Assembly: GCA_963845755.1 (NCBI GenBank)
Contig: CAWJTV010000037.1
Span: 1-64,000 of the forward strand
Origin: an uncultured Planctomycetota bacterium
GTDB lineage: Bacteria > Planctomycetota > Planctomycetia > Isosphaerales > Isosphaeraceae
Direction: 5' to 3'
Length of the DNA stretch: 64,000 bases
A model generated the notes under the pieces. It ran no database searches and was not told where the DNA came from. It worked only from the letters and a program-made list of their open reading frames with translations. Positions within the stretch are counted from its first letter, which is position 1. Every line of letters begins with the position of its first letter. Positions 22,106 through 33,230 of this stretch are shown here, one piece after another. The translations under genes were made by a program, and so were the position numbers.

Positions 22106-22136
22106 TCTCCAGGTGCGTACTTTATCTTTATACCAT

Positions 22137-22194
22137 ACGGAACGAACGCCGGCCGGCATATCTCTGGGACTAAGCCAGCCGGCGTTCGTTCCGT
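22137..22194. repeat. Perfect 17-bp inverted repeat in intergenic leader
   Basis: ACGGAACGAACGCCGGC (22137-22153) and GCCGGCGTTCGTTCCGT (22178-22194). Confidence 0.85.
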
Positions 22195-22393
22195 GGCGCC
22201 AGGAGTACAACGGTTGGACGAGGATTAACCATGCCGTTGCGCGATCATCTTCGCCCGCCACTCGATGATTCCCGGTCGTGGGACGAGCTGCACCGTGCAT
22301 GGCCGACCGTGATTATCATGTCGAACCGGCAGCTCCAATTGCGCTTCAATTATCACGTGGGCCGGACCTTGGGAACGATCCAGCCCCGTAGGA

Positions 22394-23650
22394 TCAGAAC
22401 GTCGTCACCTTCACCGCCTCCCGAAGGAATGCCGGATCGATCGTGATCCCGAACCCGGGGCCGGAAGGAACCCGAATGAGGCCGTTTTCGCATTTCAGCG
22501 ACGAGGTCTCGCTGGTTGCGGGGACATCGGGGTCGCCTTTGAACTCGGTGAACGGGACGGGGTTCGGGATGCACGAGACGAAGTGCGCCGCGTCGAGGTA
22601 GCCCAGCCCCGAGCCCGACATGTGCGGCGTGCAGAGCATCCCCGCGGCGTGGGCCATCCGGGCGACCCGGATCGATCGGATAAAGCCCCCATAGTAATGA
22701 AGGTCCGGCTGGACGATATCGACCCCTCGGTTGGCGATCACCCATCGGAACCCGGCCTCGCTCGATTCCTGCTCGCCCGCGGCCACCGGGATGCGGAGCG
22801 CATCAGCCACCGTCTTCGTGTCTTCCAGATGGTCGAAACGGCAGGGCTCTTCGTAGAAGGCATAGTCGTACTCTTCCATCAGGCGGCCGATCTCGATCGC
22901 CTTGACTACGTCGTAGGAACTATTTGAGTCGGCGTAGAGCGTCATCTCCTTGCCGAAGGCCTCGCGGACCAGGGGGATGAGCCTCTCGGTCCGTCCCGGC
23001 AAGGAATCCGCGTTCTTGCTCATACGACCCCCGAGGCGAAACTTCAGGGCCTTGGCCCCGGTCTCGGCGACGAGCTGCTTCAGATAGGCGACCTCTGCCT
23101 CTGGCGGATTGCCCCGAACGCCGCTGGCGCGGTACACGGCGATGTCCCGACGCTTGACCCCGCCGAGCAGGTCACCGATCGACTTTCCCGTCAGCTTTCC
23201 GAACAGGTCGAGGATCGCGAACTCGGCCGCGGCCACACAGACCCAGAAGGCCAGGCCCTGATATTTGTAGTTGTCGTCGTGCCGGTAGAGATCCCAGAGC
23301 ATCGTCTCGAGCTGGCGGGCGTCCTTGCCCACGAAGAACCGCGCGACCCGGTTGAGGAAGATCGGGTAGGTGTGGACCAGGTGCATGGCGTTGGGGACGC
23401 CGATCCCCTCGGCGCCGTCGGTTGTCCTCACCCGTACGAGGAAGTTTCGACCGTTCCGGAGCAGGTCCATCGCAGCGAGCTTGACCGGCTTCTCCAGCCC
23501 GTCGAGCCGGAGCACCGGTGCCTCCGCGACCTCGTCAAGGCGGCGATAGGTCGCGCGGAGGTCGTCGTCCGCCCTCCCCTGGCGTGTCGCTGTGGCCAGC
23601 ACACCCGCACCCAGGCCGGTCCCGAGAAACGAGCGTCGGGTCGGAAACAT
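22394..23650 (-). CDS. Mandelate racemase / muconate lactonizing enzyme family protein with Tat signal
   Basis: TRRSFLG leader; LKFRLG, YADSN, FYEEP, AAGEQ, VQPDL, TPH motifs. Confidence 0.92.
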   Translation of the reverse strand: MFPTRRSFLGTGLGAGVLATATRQGRADDDLRATYRRLDEVAEAPVLRLDGLEKPVKLAAMDLLRNGRNFLVRVRTTDGAEGIGVPNAMHLVHTYPIFLNRVARFFVGKDARQLETMLWDLYRHDDNYKYQGLAFWVCVAAAEFAILDLFGKLTGKSIGDLLGGVKRRDIAVYRASGVRGNPPEAEVAYLKQLVAETGAKALKFRLGGRMSKNADSLPGRTERLIPLVREAFGKEMTLYADSNSSYDVVKAIEIGRLMEEYDYAFYEEPCRFDHLEDTKTVADALRIPVAAGEQESSEAGFRWVIANRGVDIVQPDLHYYGGFIRSIRVARMAHAAGMLCTPHMSGSGLGYLDAAHFVSCIPNPVPFTEFKGDPDVPATSETSSLKCENGLIRVPSGPGFGITIDPAFLREAVKVTTF

Positions 23651-23697
23651 GATCGATCTCCTTGGTTTGCGTGCCCGTTGCGCCAGATGGGATGCTT

Positions 23698-24252
23698 TCA
23701 GTTCAACCGAGGATCGGCCGGCATCCCTCGCAAGCCGAGGACCGCAGACAACTTGCGAGCGTTGATTGCCCGGATTGCTGACTTCCAGAGTTCGCCGCGG
23801 CCGGTCCAGAAGACATGCTCGGAACTTGCCGGCAGGGTGAGCCACGAGTCGCGATCGAGCTCGCTTTCCAGTTGACCCGGGCCCCAACCGGCGTAATTCG
23901 CGACGACGATCGACGGTTGAGGTTTCTGGCTGAGGACGTGCTGGACCTTCGTGGCTTCGAGAGTGAGGTAGACGCCTGGGATGACCTCCCGGTCGGCCAT
24001 TGCTTCGAGCGTATGGAGGACCGCCAGCGTGCCTGTCACCGGCCCGCCGACGTGGAGCGGCTTGTCCCACTCGAATGCGTCGTCGAAGAGCTTGCCCGAG
24101 AGGTCCGTCATCGTGGTGTTGGTCGGTTTATTCAGGATGACTCCGATCGCCCCCTCGTCGTCATGGTCGATCATCAGGACGACGCTCTGGGAAAACATGG
24201 GCGCGAGCAGGTCGGGTGTTGCAATCAAGAGTTGGCCTTCAAGGGATTGCAT
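23698..24252 (-). CDS. YqgE/AlgH (DUF179) family protein
   Basis: GQLLIATP, GAIGVILNKP, GGPV, YAGWGPGQLESEL, DPRLN. Confidence 0.93.
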   Translation of the reverse strand: MQSLEGQLLIATPDLLAPMFSQSVVLMIDHDDEGAIGVILNKPTNTTMTDLSGKLFDDAFEWDKPLHVGGPVTGTLAVLHTLEAMADREVIPGVYLTLEATKVQHVLSQKPQPSIVVANYAGWGPGQLESELDRDSWLTLPASSEHVFWTGRGELWKSAIRAINARKLSAVLGLRGMPADPRLN

Positions 24253-24388
24253 GGCTATCGAGACCGAGAACTGGGGATGATCCGGCTGCCTCATCACGCA
24301 CACCTTCCATTATAACCCGGAGGTCTACCCTGCGACTCGGCCTCGCGAATTATCGATGGGAGTACCAGGAGGGTCGACGGAAAAACCC

Positions 24389-24841
24389 TCACTCACCAAC
24401 GTCCTCGTTCCAGAGGTTGGGATTCGAGCGGATAAACGCCTCCATCAACGCGACGCATTCCGGATCGTCGAGGATTTCCAGTAGCATACCCCGCGATCTC
24501 AGGTAATCTTCGGGTCCGCGGAAGGTCTGGTTCTCGCCAACGACGATTCGCGGGATGCGGTAAAGGAGTGCCGTGCCCGAGCACATATCGCAAGGGGAGA
24601 GAGTCGAGTAGAGGATGGAGCGGCGATAGTCAACCGCCATGAGCCGGCCGGCGTTTTCGATGGCGTCCATCTCGGCGTGAAGGATGGCACTGTCGCTCTG
24701 GATCCGGCGATTGTGCCCTCGACCCACGATCCGACCTTCGATCACCAGGACCGATCCGATCGGGATTCCCGCCTCGTGAAGCCCTTTTTTCGCCTCGTCG
24801 ATCGCGGCCTGAAAAAATGGGTCGCGGTTGGGAGTCTCCAT
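24389..24841 (-). CDS. Zn-dependent cytosine/nucleoside deaminase (Fcy1-like)
   Basis: GIPIGSVL, LHAEMDAIENAG, TLSPCDMC, WNEDVGE. Confidence 0.92.
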   Translation of the reverse strand: METPNRDPFFQAAIDEAKKGLHEAGIPIGSVLVIEGRIVGRGHNRRIQSDSAILHAEMDAIENAGRLMAVDYRRSILYSTLSPCDMCSGTALLYRIPRIVVGENQTFRGPEDYLRSRGMLLEILDDPECVALMEAFIRSNPNLWNEDVGE

Positions 24842-24951
24842 CGGCGGGGTCTCCAGAGATGATCGGGGAGGTGCGCACGCGGTCGGTCGATCGGATGTCG
24901 GTCTCCGGGTTACAGGATCACGTCGGAGACTGCTGGGGCCGTTGTAAGTGC

Positions 24952-26396
24952 TCACGTCAGCAATGATTTGACCACCTTGCCTGCCTGATTCGTCAGGCGC
25001 ACGTCGAGGCCTCGGAAGCGGTAGGTCAGCTTCAAGTGGTCGAGGCCGAACAGGTTCAGGATCGTGGCATTGAGGTCGTGGACATGGACAGGTTCTTCCA
25101 CGACACGCCAGCCCAGCTCGTCCGTGGCACCGACGGCCCGACCTCCCGTGATCCGGCCTCCGGCCAGCCAGACGCTGAAGGCCAGCCGGTGGTGATCACG
25201 TCCGGCCCGCTGCCCCGGCTGGGTGTTCTGGGTGACCGGCGTGCGTCCGAACTCCGTTCCCCAGACGACCAGGGTGCTGTCCAGCAGTCCCCGCGCCTTC
25301 AAGTCCATGAGCAACGCCCCGATCGGTTGGTCGACGACCCGGCAGTTCTCCTCGACGCCCTTGTGGACCTCGCTGTGGTGGTCCCATCGGCGGTGGAAGA
25401 TACTGACGAACCGAACCCCGCGCTCGATCAACCGCCTGGCCAGCAGGCAGTTGGTGGCGAAGCCGCCCGACTCGCCGGGGCGGTCGGTCCCGTACAGAGT
25501 GTGAGTTTGATACGTCTCGCCAGCAAGGTCGATCAGGTCAGGTGCCCCAGCCTGCATCCGGAAGGCCAGCTCGTAGGCGGCGATCCGATCCTGGATCTCG
25601 GCAGCTTGCGTCAGGTCACGGTGGTGCGCGTTGAGCTGCGCAGCGCGTCGAGCTGGATGCGCTGCATCGGCGCGGTGACTCCGGGCGGATTGGCCAAGTT
25701 CAGGACCGGCTCGCCCTTGTCCTGGAAGAGGACGCCCGCGTGAGCCGTCGGCAGGAAGCCGTTGCCCCAGGTGAGCGACCGCGCCACCGGGCCACGGCCG
25801 GTCACCAGCACTACGTAGCCGGGAAGGTCTTGCGATTCGCTGCCGAGTCCGTAGGTGATCCAGGCCCCGGCGCTGGGGCGGCCCGGCGTGTCGAAGCCCG
25901 TGCTGAGGAGGATCTCGGCCGGGCCATGGTCGAACTGATCGGTGTACATCGAGCGGACGAGGGCGATGTCGTCGGCACATGCGCCGATGTGCGGCAGTAG
26001 TTCGGACATCTCGAGCCCGCCGCGGCCGTAGCGGCGGAAGCCGAACCGACTCGCCATCACCATTGCCCGATCGGGTTTGATGGAGAAGAATCGCTCCTTG
26101 GCGAAGAACGAATCCGGCAACTTCTGACCGGTCAGGTCGGTCAACTTCGGCTTGGGATCGAAGAGTTCGACCTGGCTCGTGCCGCCCGCGAGGAAGATGA
26201 AGATGGCGTTCTTGACCCTCGGGGTGATGTGGGGCAACCGGGGCGCGAGTTGACTCGTATGGGCACCCGTCGAATCCGCGGCTAGAAGCCCATCGCCTTG
26301 CAGGAGCGAGAGCACCGCCGCCGCACCCAGGCCGCTCGCGGTGCTGGTCAGGAAGCGTCTGCGGTTCTGGGCCAGGGAGTCGTCTGAGGGTTCCAT
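24952..26396 (-). CDS. DUF1501 protein with Tat-like leader (frameshift near 25635)
   Basis: [58 protein letters not shown]. Confidence 0.93.
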
Positions 26397-26470
26397 GGTT
26401 CGTCAACCTCTCCGAACGACGGTGATCCGTACCGAATCCACCACGAGACGAGGGCCTCGATTTCGTCGAT

Positions 26471-29017
26471 CTACTCACGCATGATGAACTCATCGAGGTT
26501 GAGGAGCGTCCGTGCGACAGCGACCCAGGCTGCCGCTTCTTGCGGGCCGATCTCCTCCGACACTGGTTCGTTTTCCAGCAGCGCCGCGGCCGTCCGGGGA
26601 TCGGCATCGTAGAGTTTCCGATGGGCCAAATAGACTCGAACGAGGAGATTCGATTCGATCTCATCAGGCTGGCGAGCGAAGGCAATGCGGAACGCGTGGC
26701 GGACCCGCGATTCCGGGCTCCCGGGGCACTCACAAACCGTGCGAAGGCCGAGCGCCCGAGCGCATTGCATGAAGGCCGGGTCGTTCCAGAGTGTGAGGGC
26801 CTGGAGCGGTGTGTTGGACCGGTCGCGGCGCGGGCAGGCGGCGCTGGGGTCCGCCGCATCGAAGTCCTTGAACATCGGATATGCGAAGGTCCTCTGGACG
26901 TTTACATAGATGCCCCGGCGATAGCGTTCGGCCCCCCGACTCGGGGCCATCAGTCGCTCGCTCTTGAACTCGGGCCGGTTCAGGAGCGACGTCGGCAACG
27001 GGGGCTGAATGCTCGGCCCGCCCATTTGCGGGTTCAAGAGCCCGGCGACGGCCAGTCCCTGGTCACGGATCACCTCGGCCTCGAGCCGGAACCGGTTTTG
27101 CCGAGCCAGCAGGACATTGCCCGGGTCCCGTTCTGCGAGGTCTGTCCGCTCTCGCGACGATTGCCGGTAGGTCGCGGAGGTCACGATGAGGCGGATCAGA
27201 GACTTGCGGCTCCAGCCGATGCGGGAGAACTCAGTCGCCAGCCAGTCGAGCAGTTCGGGATGCGACGGAGGCTCGCCCTGAAGCCCGAAGTTTTCCGGTG
27301 AGCCGACCAGGCCAAGGCCGAAGAGCTGTTGCCACATCGCATTGGCGGCGACGCGGGCCGTGAGCGGATTGCCTGGGGCGACCAGCCATTGCGCCAGATC
27401 ATAGCGGTCGGGTTCGGCGTGGCGAGACGGGATCGGCGGGAGGAATGCCGGAGTGCCGGGATGGACTTCTTCGCCGGCCGTCAAGAAGTCGCCCCGCACC
27501 TGCAGAAAGGTCGGTCGCGGTTTCGGGTTCGCGGCAACGGTCAGGGCTTTTGAGCTGGGCGGCGGGGGACGGTTGTTGGCGAGCATCTCGCTATCGAGCA
27601 CACCCGCCTTGAGCCGCGCGTGCTCGGGATCGATCGCGCGGAAAAAAGCAGCGACGTTCCGGATCTCGGCCGCATTGCGCCGGCCGGGCTCGATGGCCAG
27701 GACCGCGGCGACATCGGCCGGCAGTTCTCCGGGATCGACCGAGCGCTCCCAGGCAAGTTGCCGCGCGGGGAGATCGGTCGTCTCGTAGTGTTTCAGACGA
27801 GCTCTTGCCTTCGCCTGCTCTTCTTCGAACTCTCGCAACGTCTGCCGATAAGCCCGCAGCGGCTCGCCGGAGAGGGGTGGTGCGGAGACCTGGGCGTCGA
27901 CCAAGTTGTTGAAGAAGGCATAGAACCGATAGTAGTCGCGCTGGGGGAGAGGGTCGTACTTGTGAGTGTGGCACTCCGCACAGCCGAAGGTCAGGCCCAG
28001 CCAAACGGTCGCCGTCGTGCTGGCGCGATCCTTGGCCGTCTTGACGCGAAACTCCTCCTCATTGTCCTTCCCGACCGCGGATCGGTTGAACATCGTCATA
28101 CGATGGAAGCCGACGGCGGTCCGATCCTCGAGCGTTGCGCTTGGGATCAGATCACCAGCGATTTGCGCGATGGTGAACCGATCGAAGGGCAGGTCGGCGT
28201 TAAACGCGTGGATGACCCAGTCGCGATATCGCCAGGCATCGGGACGGTATCGGTCATCTTCGTAGCCGTCGCTGTCGGCGTAGCGGACCAGGTCGAGCCA
28301 GGGCCTGGCCCAGCGCTCACCGAACTGGGGCGAGGTGAGCCAACGGTCCACCAACCGCTCGTAGGCATCGGGCCGCCCGTCCGCCAGGAATCGATCGACC
28401 TCCGACGGTGTGGGCGGCACTCCGAGGAGGTCGAGGCTCAGGCGTCGAATCAGCGTGACGCGATCCGCCTCGGGCGACGGCGAGAACTCGGCCCGGTCGA
28501 GCCGTGCAAGCACCAGGCGATCGATGGGGTTGCGGCACCAGCCGGAGTTCGACACGTCGGGGATCTCCGGATTTCGGGGTCGTACGAACGACCAGTGCTC
28601 GCTCCAGGACGCCCCTTCTACCACCCATCGTTGGAGCAGCTCGAGCTGGGCCCGGGTCAGCTTGCGCCGGGATGTGGAGGGCGGCATCACCTCGTCCGGG
28701 TCTTCCGAGGTGATTCGCGCGATTAGCTCGCTCTGCGCGGCGTCGCTCGGGACAACCAGGCGATAGCCGCCTCGATCGCCGAACACGTCCGCGCGGGAGT
28801 CCAGGCGCAGACTCGCTTTTCGGCCTCGTGGGTCGGGGCCGTGACATTCGAAGCAGCTCTCGGCGAGGATCGGTCGAATTTCTCGCGCGAAGTCGACCTT
28901 CCCGGGGCCCGCTCCACGCACCGGTACGGCGGCGAGCAGGAAGACAGCCGCTGCCAAGATCGCGCCCCATTCGGGTGTCGGTGATCGGCATGTGGTCGGA
29001 GCACCGAGGGCCACCAT
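26471..29017 (-). CDS. Planctomycete cytochrome c / PSD1 (DUF1549-DUF1553) protein
   Basis: CFECHGPD, FGERWARPWLDLVRYADS, CAECHTHKYDP, PSHPELLDWLA, LLNLDEF. Confidence 0.95.
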   Translation of the reverse strand: MVALGAPTTCRSPTPEWGAILAAAVFLLAAVPVRGAGPGKVDFAREIRPILAESCFECHGPDPRGRKASLRLDSRADVFGDRGGYRLVVPSDAAQSELIARITSEDPDEVMPPSTSRRKLTRAQLELLQRWVVEGASWSEHWSFVRPRNPEIPDVSNSGWCRNPIDRLVLARLDRAEFSPSPEADRVTLIRRLSLDLLGVPPTPSEVDRFLADGRPDAYERLVDRWLTSPQFGERWARPWLDLVRYADSDGYEDDRYRPDAWRYRDWVIHAFNADLPFDRFTIAQIAGDLIPSATLEDRTAVGFHRMTMFNRSAVGKDNEEEFRVKTAKDRASTTATVWLGLTFGCAECHTHKYDPLPQRDYYRFYAFFNNLVDAQVSAPPLSGEPLRAYRQTLREFEEEQAKARARLKHYETTDLPARQLAWERSVDPGELPADVAAVLAIEPGRRNAAEIRNVAAFFRAIDPEHARLKAGVLDSEMLANNRPPPPSSKALTVAANPKPRPTFLQVRGDFLTAGEEVHPGTPAFLPPIPSRHAEPDRYDLAQWLVAPGNPLTARVAANAMWQQLFGLGLVGSPENFGLQGEPPSHPELLDWLATEFSRIGWSRKSLIRLIVTSATYRQSSRERTDLAERDPGNVLLARQNRFRLEAEVIRDQGLAVAGLLNPQMGGPSIQPPLPTSLLNRPEFKSERLMAPSRGAERYRRGIYVNVQRTFAYPMFKDFDAADPSAACPRRDRSNTPLQALTLWNDPAFMQCARALGLRTVCECPGSPESRVRHAFRIAFARQPDEIESNLLVRVYLAHRKLYDADPRTAAALLENEPVSEEIGPQEAAAWVAVARTLLNLDEFIMRE

Positions 29018-29383
29018 GATGCTCACCTGTCCTCCATAGTAGGTATGAGATGAGGGCGGGCGGGAACGTTCGTCGTGATTCCCCGAGTTTTCATTATGGC
29101 AAGGCGGCCTGTCGGATGCTACCCGGCTGCATCGATGCGATGGCGGTGTTTCGATCCACCCGTCCGGCGGGTACTCGACAATTCCTCGCCGGTCGAACAA
29201 GATTCTGAAAGTCCCTATCGAGGGCAAGGCCAGGATACAATCCCCAGGTAGGGGGAGACTGTTGCCATTGCCGCGGATGGCTCGATTAGACAACACGGTA
29301 CTCTCGTGCATGCACTCAGGACGGGACTGAAACCTCGATGCAGCTCCCGTCGGACGTGGCCTCCAAGGTGAAACGCGCAAACG

Positions 29384-30205
29384 ATGGCGACCAGCAATCC
29401 CGATTATCTCTCAGATTCAGCCTTCGGTGCAAAATCCTATGAAGAGCCACGCCGACAGCGTGGTTGCTTGTTCTACGGCTGTCTCATCAGCAGCGGCCTG
29501 GTACTGTTGCTCGTGATCGCTATGGGCATCTTCTCCTACATGGCCTATCGCTCGTTGGTCCGGTTTGTGGAGGAGAACACGGCCTCCACACCACGCGAGA
29601 TTCCCAGGGTCGAGTTGCCGGACGCTGCACGCCGCACGCTCAAGGAACGAATCGAGTCGTTCAAGAAGGCCAAGGATGCAGGCGAGGCCACCGAGCCTCT
29701 GATCCTGACCGCCGACGAGGTCAACACACTCATCGAGGAGGACCCGAGATGGAAGGGGCAGGTCTACCTGGCCATCGACGGTGAAACAGTCCGAGGCAAG
29801 CTCAGCCTCTCCCTGGATAAACTCAGCGAGGTGCTCGAGAAGATCGGCTTCTCCATGCTCCGAGGCCGCTACTTCAACGGAGAGGTCGAGTTGAAGGGTG
29901 GTCTCGAGAACGGCATACTCAACATCATAGTCAACTCGCTCGAGGTGAACGGCCGACCGTTGCCCCAGGAGGTCATAGACTCACTGAAGAACTCCACCGT
30001 CGAGTTTTCCAAGGACCCCAAGGTGGCTGAAGAGGTCCAGAAGATCGAAAGCGTCGAGATCAAGGATGGCAAGATTATCATCAGGGGGCGAACGAGGAAG
30101 AAGGAGCCCGAGCGCGGAGCGTCACCACCCCAACATAACCTCCCCGACGACGTATTTGTTCCCGCTGACGCCTCCCTCCGGCTTGATGGGAGAGGGCCGA
30201 GGTGA
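29384..30205 (+). CDS. Single-pass membrane hypothetical protein
   Basis: RGCLFYGCLI plus TM helix, soluble C-terminal domain, strong codon bias. Confidence 0.8.
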   Translation: MATSNPDYLSDSAFGAKSYEEPRRQRGCLFYGCLISSGLVLLLVIAMGIFSYMAYRSLVRFVEENTASTPREIPRVELPDAARRTLKERIESFKKAKDAGEATEPLILTADEVNTLIEEDPRWKGQVYLAIDGETVRGKLSLSLDKLSEVLEKIGFSMLRGRYFNGEVELKGGLENGILNIIVNSLEVNGRPLPQEVIDSLKNSTVEFSKDPKVAEEVQKIESVEIKDGKIIIRGRTRKKEPERGASPPQHNLPDDVFVPADASLRLDGRGPR

Positions 30206-30340
30206 GGGGGTCCGGGTAGGCTGAAAGATGAGTCAGACCGGATCGATCCATCGTTCAGCCTTCAGTCTTCCGAAGAACCTCCCCTCCGGTCTTCTTCCAC
30301 TTTCCCCGACCAGGGGGACGGAAACCGGGGAGGAGGAGGT
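30168..30340. repeat. Degenerate REP-like palindromes in an intergenic region
   Basis: CCTCCCTCC..GGGAGAGGGCCGAGGTGAGGGG; AGGCTGAA..TTCAGCCT; ACCTCCCCTCCGGT..ACCGGGGAGGAGGAGGT. Confidence 0.4.
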
Positions 30341-30376
30341 CCAAATCTTACCAACACGAATGCAGAAAGGATTCCG

Positions 30377-33158
30377 ATGAGATCGAGACGTCATATTTCC
30401 TGCACAGCTTGGTTTTGTGCCATGCTGGGGGGGCTGGTCCTCGGTGTGACGACCGCCCTCGCCGCCGACCCGACGAAGGTCACGTCGGTCGAAGGGATCA
30501 CCGAGTACCGGCTGGACAACGGCCTTCGTCTCCTGCTAATCCCCGACCAGACGCGTCCCAAAGTGACTGTGAACCTGACCGTGCTAGTGGGTTCGCGCCA
30601 CGAAGGCTATGGGGAAACGGGGATGGCCCACCTGCTCGAACACATGGTCTTCAAAGGGACTCCGACACACCCGGACATCCCCGGGGCCATGAAGGAGCGC
30701 GGCGCCAGTTTCAACGGCTCGACCGACGTGGACCGCACCAACTACTACGAGACCCTGCCCGCCAGCGATGAGAACCTCGAGTTCGCCATCCGCCTCGAAG
30801 CCGACCGCATGGTGAATAGCCCCATCAAAGCGGAGGACCTCGCCACCGAGTTCTCGGTCGTCCGGAACGAGTTCGAGGCCGGCGAGAATTCGCCGGGGTC
30901 GATCCTCTCCCAGCGAATGATGGCCGTCGCCTACGAATGGCACAACTACGGCAAGTCGACCATCGGCAACCGCTCCGACATCGAGCGCGTGCCGGTTAAC
31001 AACCTGCGCGACTTCTACCGGCGGTTCTACCAGCCCGACAACGCCGTACTCGTCGTGGCCGGCAAGTTCGACGAGAAGAAGGCACTTGAATATATATTAA
31101 AATATTTTGGATCTTTGCCGAAGCCCGCCCGCAAGTTGTCGCAGACCTACACGGAAGAGCCCGCCCAGGACGGCGAGCGATTCGTGACGTTGCGACGCGT
31201 GGGGAACGTGGGACTTGTCGGACTGATCTTTCACATCCCGGCCGGGTCTCACGCCGAGTTCCCCGCCGTGAGGATCCTGGCCGAAGTCCTCGATTCCGAG
31301 CCGTCGGGCCGGCTGTATAAGGCACTCGTCGAGACCAAGAAGGCCTCGAGCGTGAGCGCTTTCGGTCAGGCCTATCACGATCCGGGGGCCCTCGAGATCA
31401 TGGCCGAGGTCAACACCAAGGATCGAGCCACGCTCGAGCAGGTCCGAGACACGATGTTCTCGGTCCTCGAGGACGTAGCACAATCGGGCGTCAGTTCGGA
31501 GGAAGTCGATCGTGCCCGCCAATCGCTCCTCAAGAATTACGAGCTGGCGGCCCAGGATCCCAACCGCATCGCCATCGTGCTGAGCGAGTGGGCCGCTCAG
31601 GGTGATTGGCGGCTCTACTTCCTCAATCGCGATCGACTGGAAAAGGTGACCCCCGCGCAAGTCAAGGAAGTGGCGGAAAAGTACCTAACGGCCAGCAATC
31701 GAACCGTCGGCTTCTTCCTGCCGACGACCAAGCCCGAGCGGACGCCGGTTCCCGAGGTGCCCGATATCGCCAAGCTAGTTGACGGTTATAAAGGTCGGGA
31801 GGTCAAGTCGATCGCCCAGGAGACGTTCGACGTCTCGCCGATGGCGATCGAAGCCCGAATCCAGCGGCCCGGGCCGGTCGCGGGGATCAATGTGGCCTTC
31901 CTCCCCAAGAAGACGCAGCGCCAGGCCGTCCAACTGCGGCTGACCCTCCATTATGGGAACGCCGAGAACCTCAAGGGATTCAAAGAGGCCGCAGGCTTCC
32001 TCCCCGAGCTCGATGATCCGGGGTACGAAGTCGATGACGTACCAGCAGATCAAGGATGCGCTGGACAAGAACGTCGCTCGGCTCGGCGCCGGGATGGGCG
32101 GACGTATGAGAGGGATGGGGGGGCCGAGTGCGGGCGCGGTCACACTTACGGTCCAGACCCGACGAGCCAATCTTCCGGCCGTCCTGGAGATTCTCCGGCA
32201 GATCCTCCGGGAGCCGGCGTTGCCCGCCAGCGAGTTGGAGTTGATGAAGAACGAAGCGATCGCCGGCCTCGAGGAGAGTCGATCCGATCCAATGGCCCAG
32301 GGATTCACCCACTTCCAGCGGGTGTACACGCGCCACTATCCCCGCGATGACGTCCGCTACGTGCCGTCTCTCGACGAGCAGATCGAAGGGACGAGGAAGG
32401 TCACCATCGACCGTGTTCGGGCCCTCTATCAAGAGTATCTCGGCGCCGATCATGGCGAGCTGGTGATGATCGGAGACTTCGATCCTTCGGAGGTCCTCTC
32501 GATCCTGGTCAAGACCTTCGAAGGGTGGAAGGCCGAGAAGCCGTACGGCCGGATCGAACGACCGGTAAAGACGGACCTGGCATCGGAGAAGGAAACGATC
32601 TCCACGCCGGACAAGGCCAACGCCCTCTACTTGGCCGGCCTCCAGTTGCCGCTCAAGGACAGCGATCCGGAGTACGCCGCCTTGCTTACGGGTAATTACA
32701 TCCTGGGCGGAGGTAGCCTCTCGTCGCGGATCGCCAACCGACTTCGCCAAAAGGACGGTGTCTCTTACGGCGCGCAGTCGGTCTTCGGGGCGGACCCAAT
32801 CGATCTGCATGCGACCTTGATGATCTTGGCGATCTATAACCCGAAGAACCTCGAGAGGGTCAAGGTCGGAGTGGAGGAGGAAGTCCATCGTCTGCTCCGT
32901 GACGGCGTCATGAGCGAGGAGCTCGACAAGGCCAAGGCCGGATACCTTCAGGAACGCCAGAACGATCGCGCCGACGACCGGGCCCTCGGTAGCATGCTCG
33001 CCGAGAACCTGTACCTAGGACGGACCATGCAATTCGAGGCCGAGCACGAGCGGAAGATCAAGGATCTCACGCCCGATGCGGTCAATACGGCATTGCGCAA
33101 GCACATCGATCCCAAACGGCTATCTGTCATCACTGCGGGAGACTTCAAGACAAAGTAG
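30377..33158 (+). CDS. Secreted M16 (pitrilysin/insulinase) zinc protease (frameshift near 32010)
   Basis: GMAHLLEHMVFKGT (HxxEH), YQPDNAVLVVAG, SRIANRLRQKDGVSYG. Confidence 0.95.
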
Positions 33159-33230
33159 CAGCTCAGTGGTTCGCCCCGGCCGATGGGTGTTCGCGGACCA
33201 CTGACCAGGGCACAAGAAAGGACCCTCTCC

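Noticed and set aside
30377..33158. Programmed frameshifting or split genes in M16 protease, addA, addB and pit
   Set aside because: No consistent slippery motif; indels are too widespread and better explained by sequencing error
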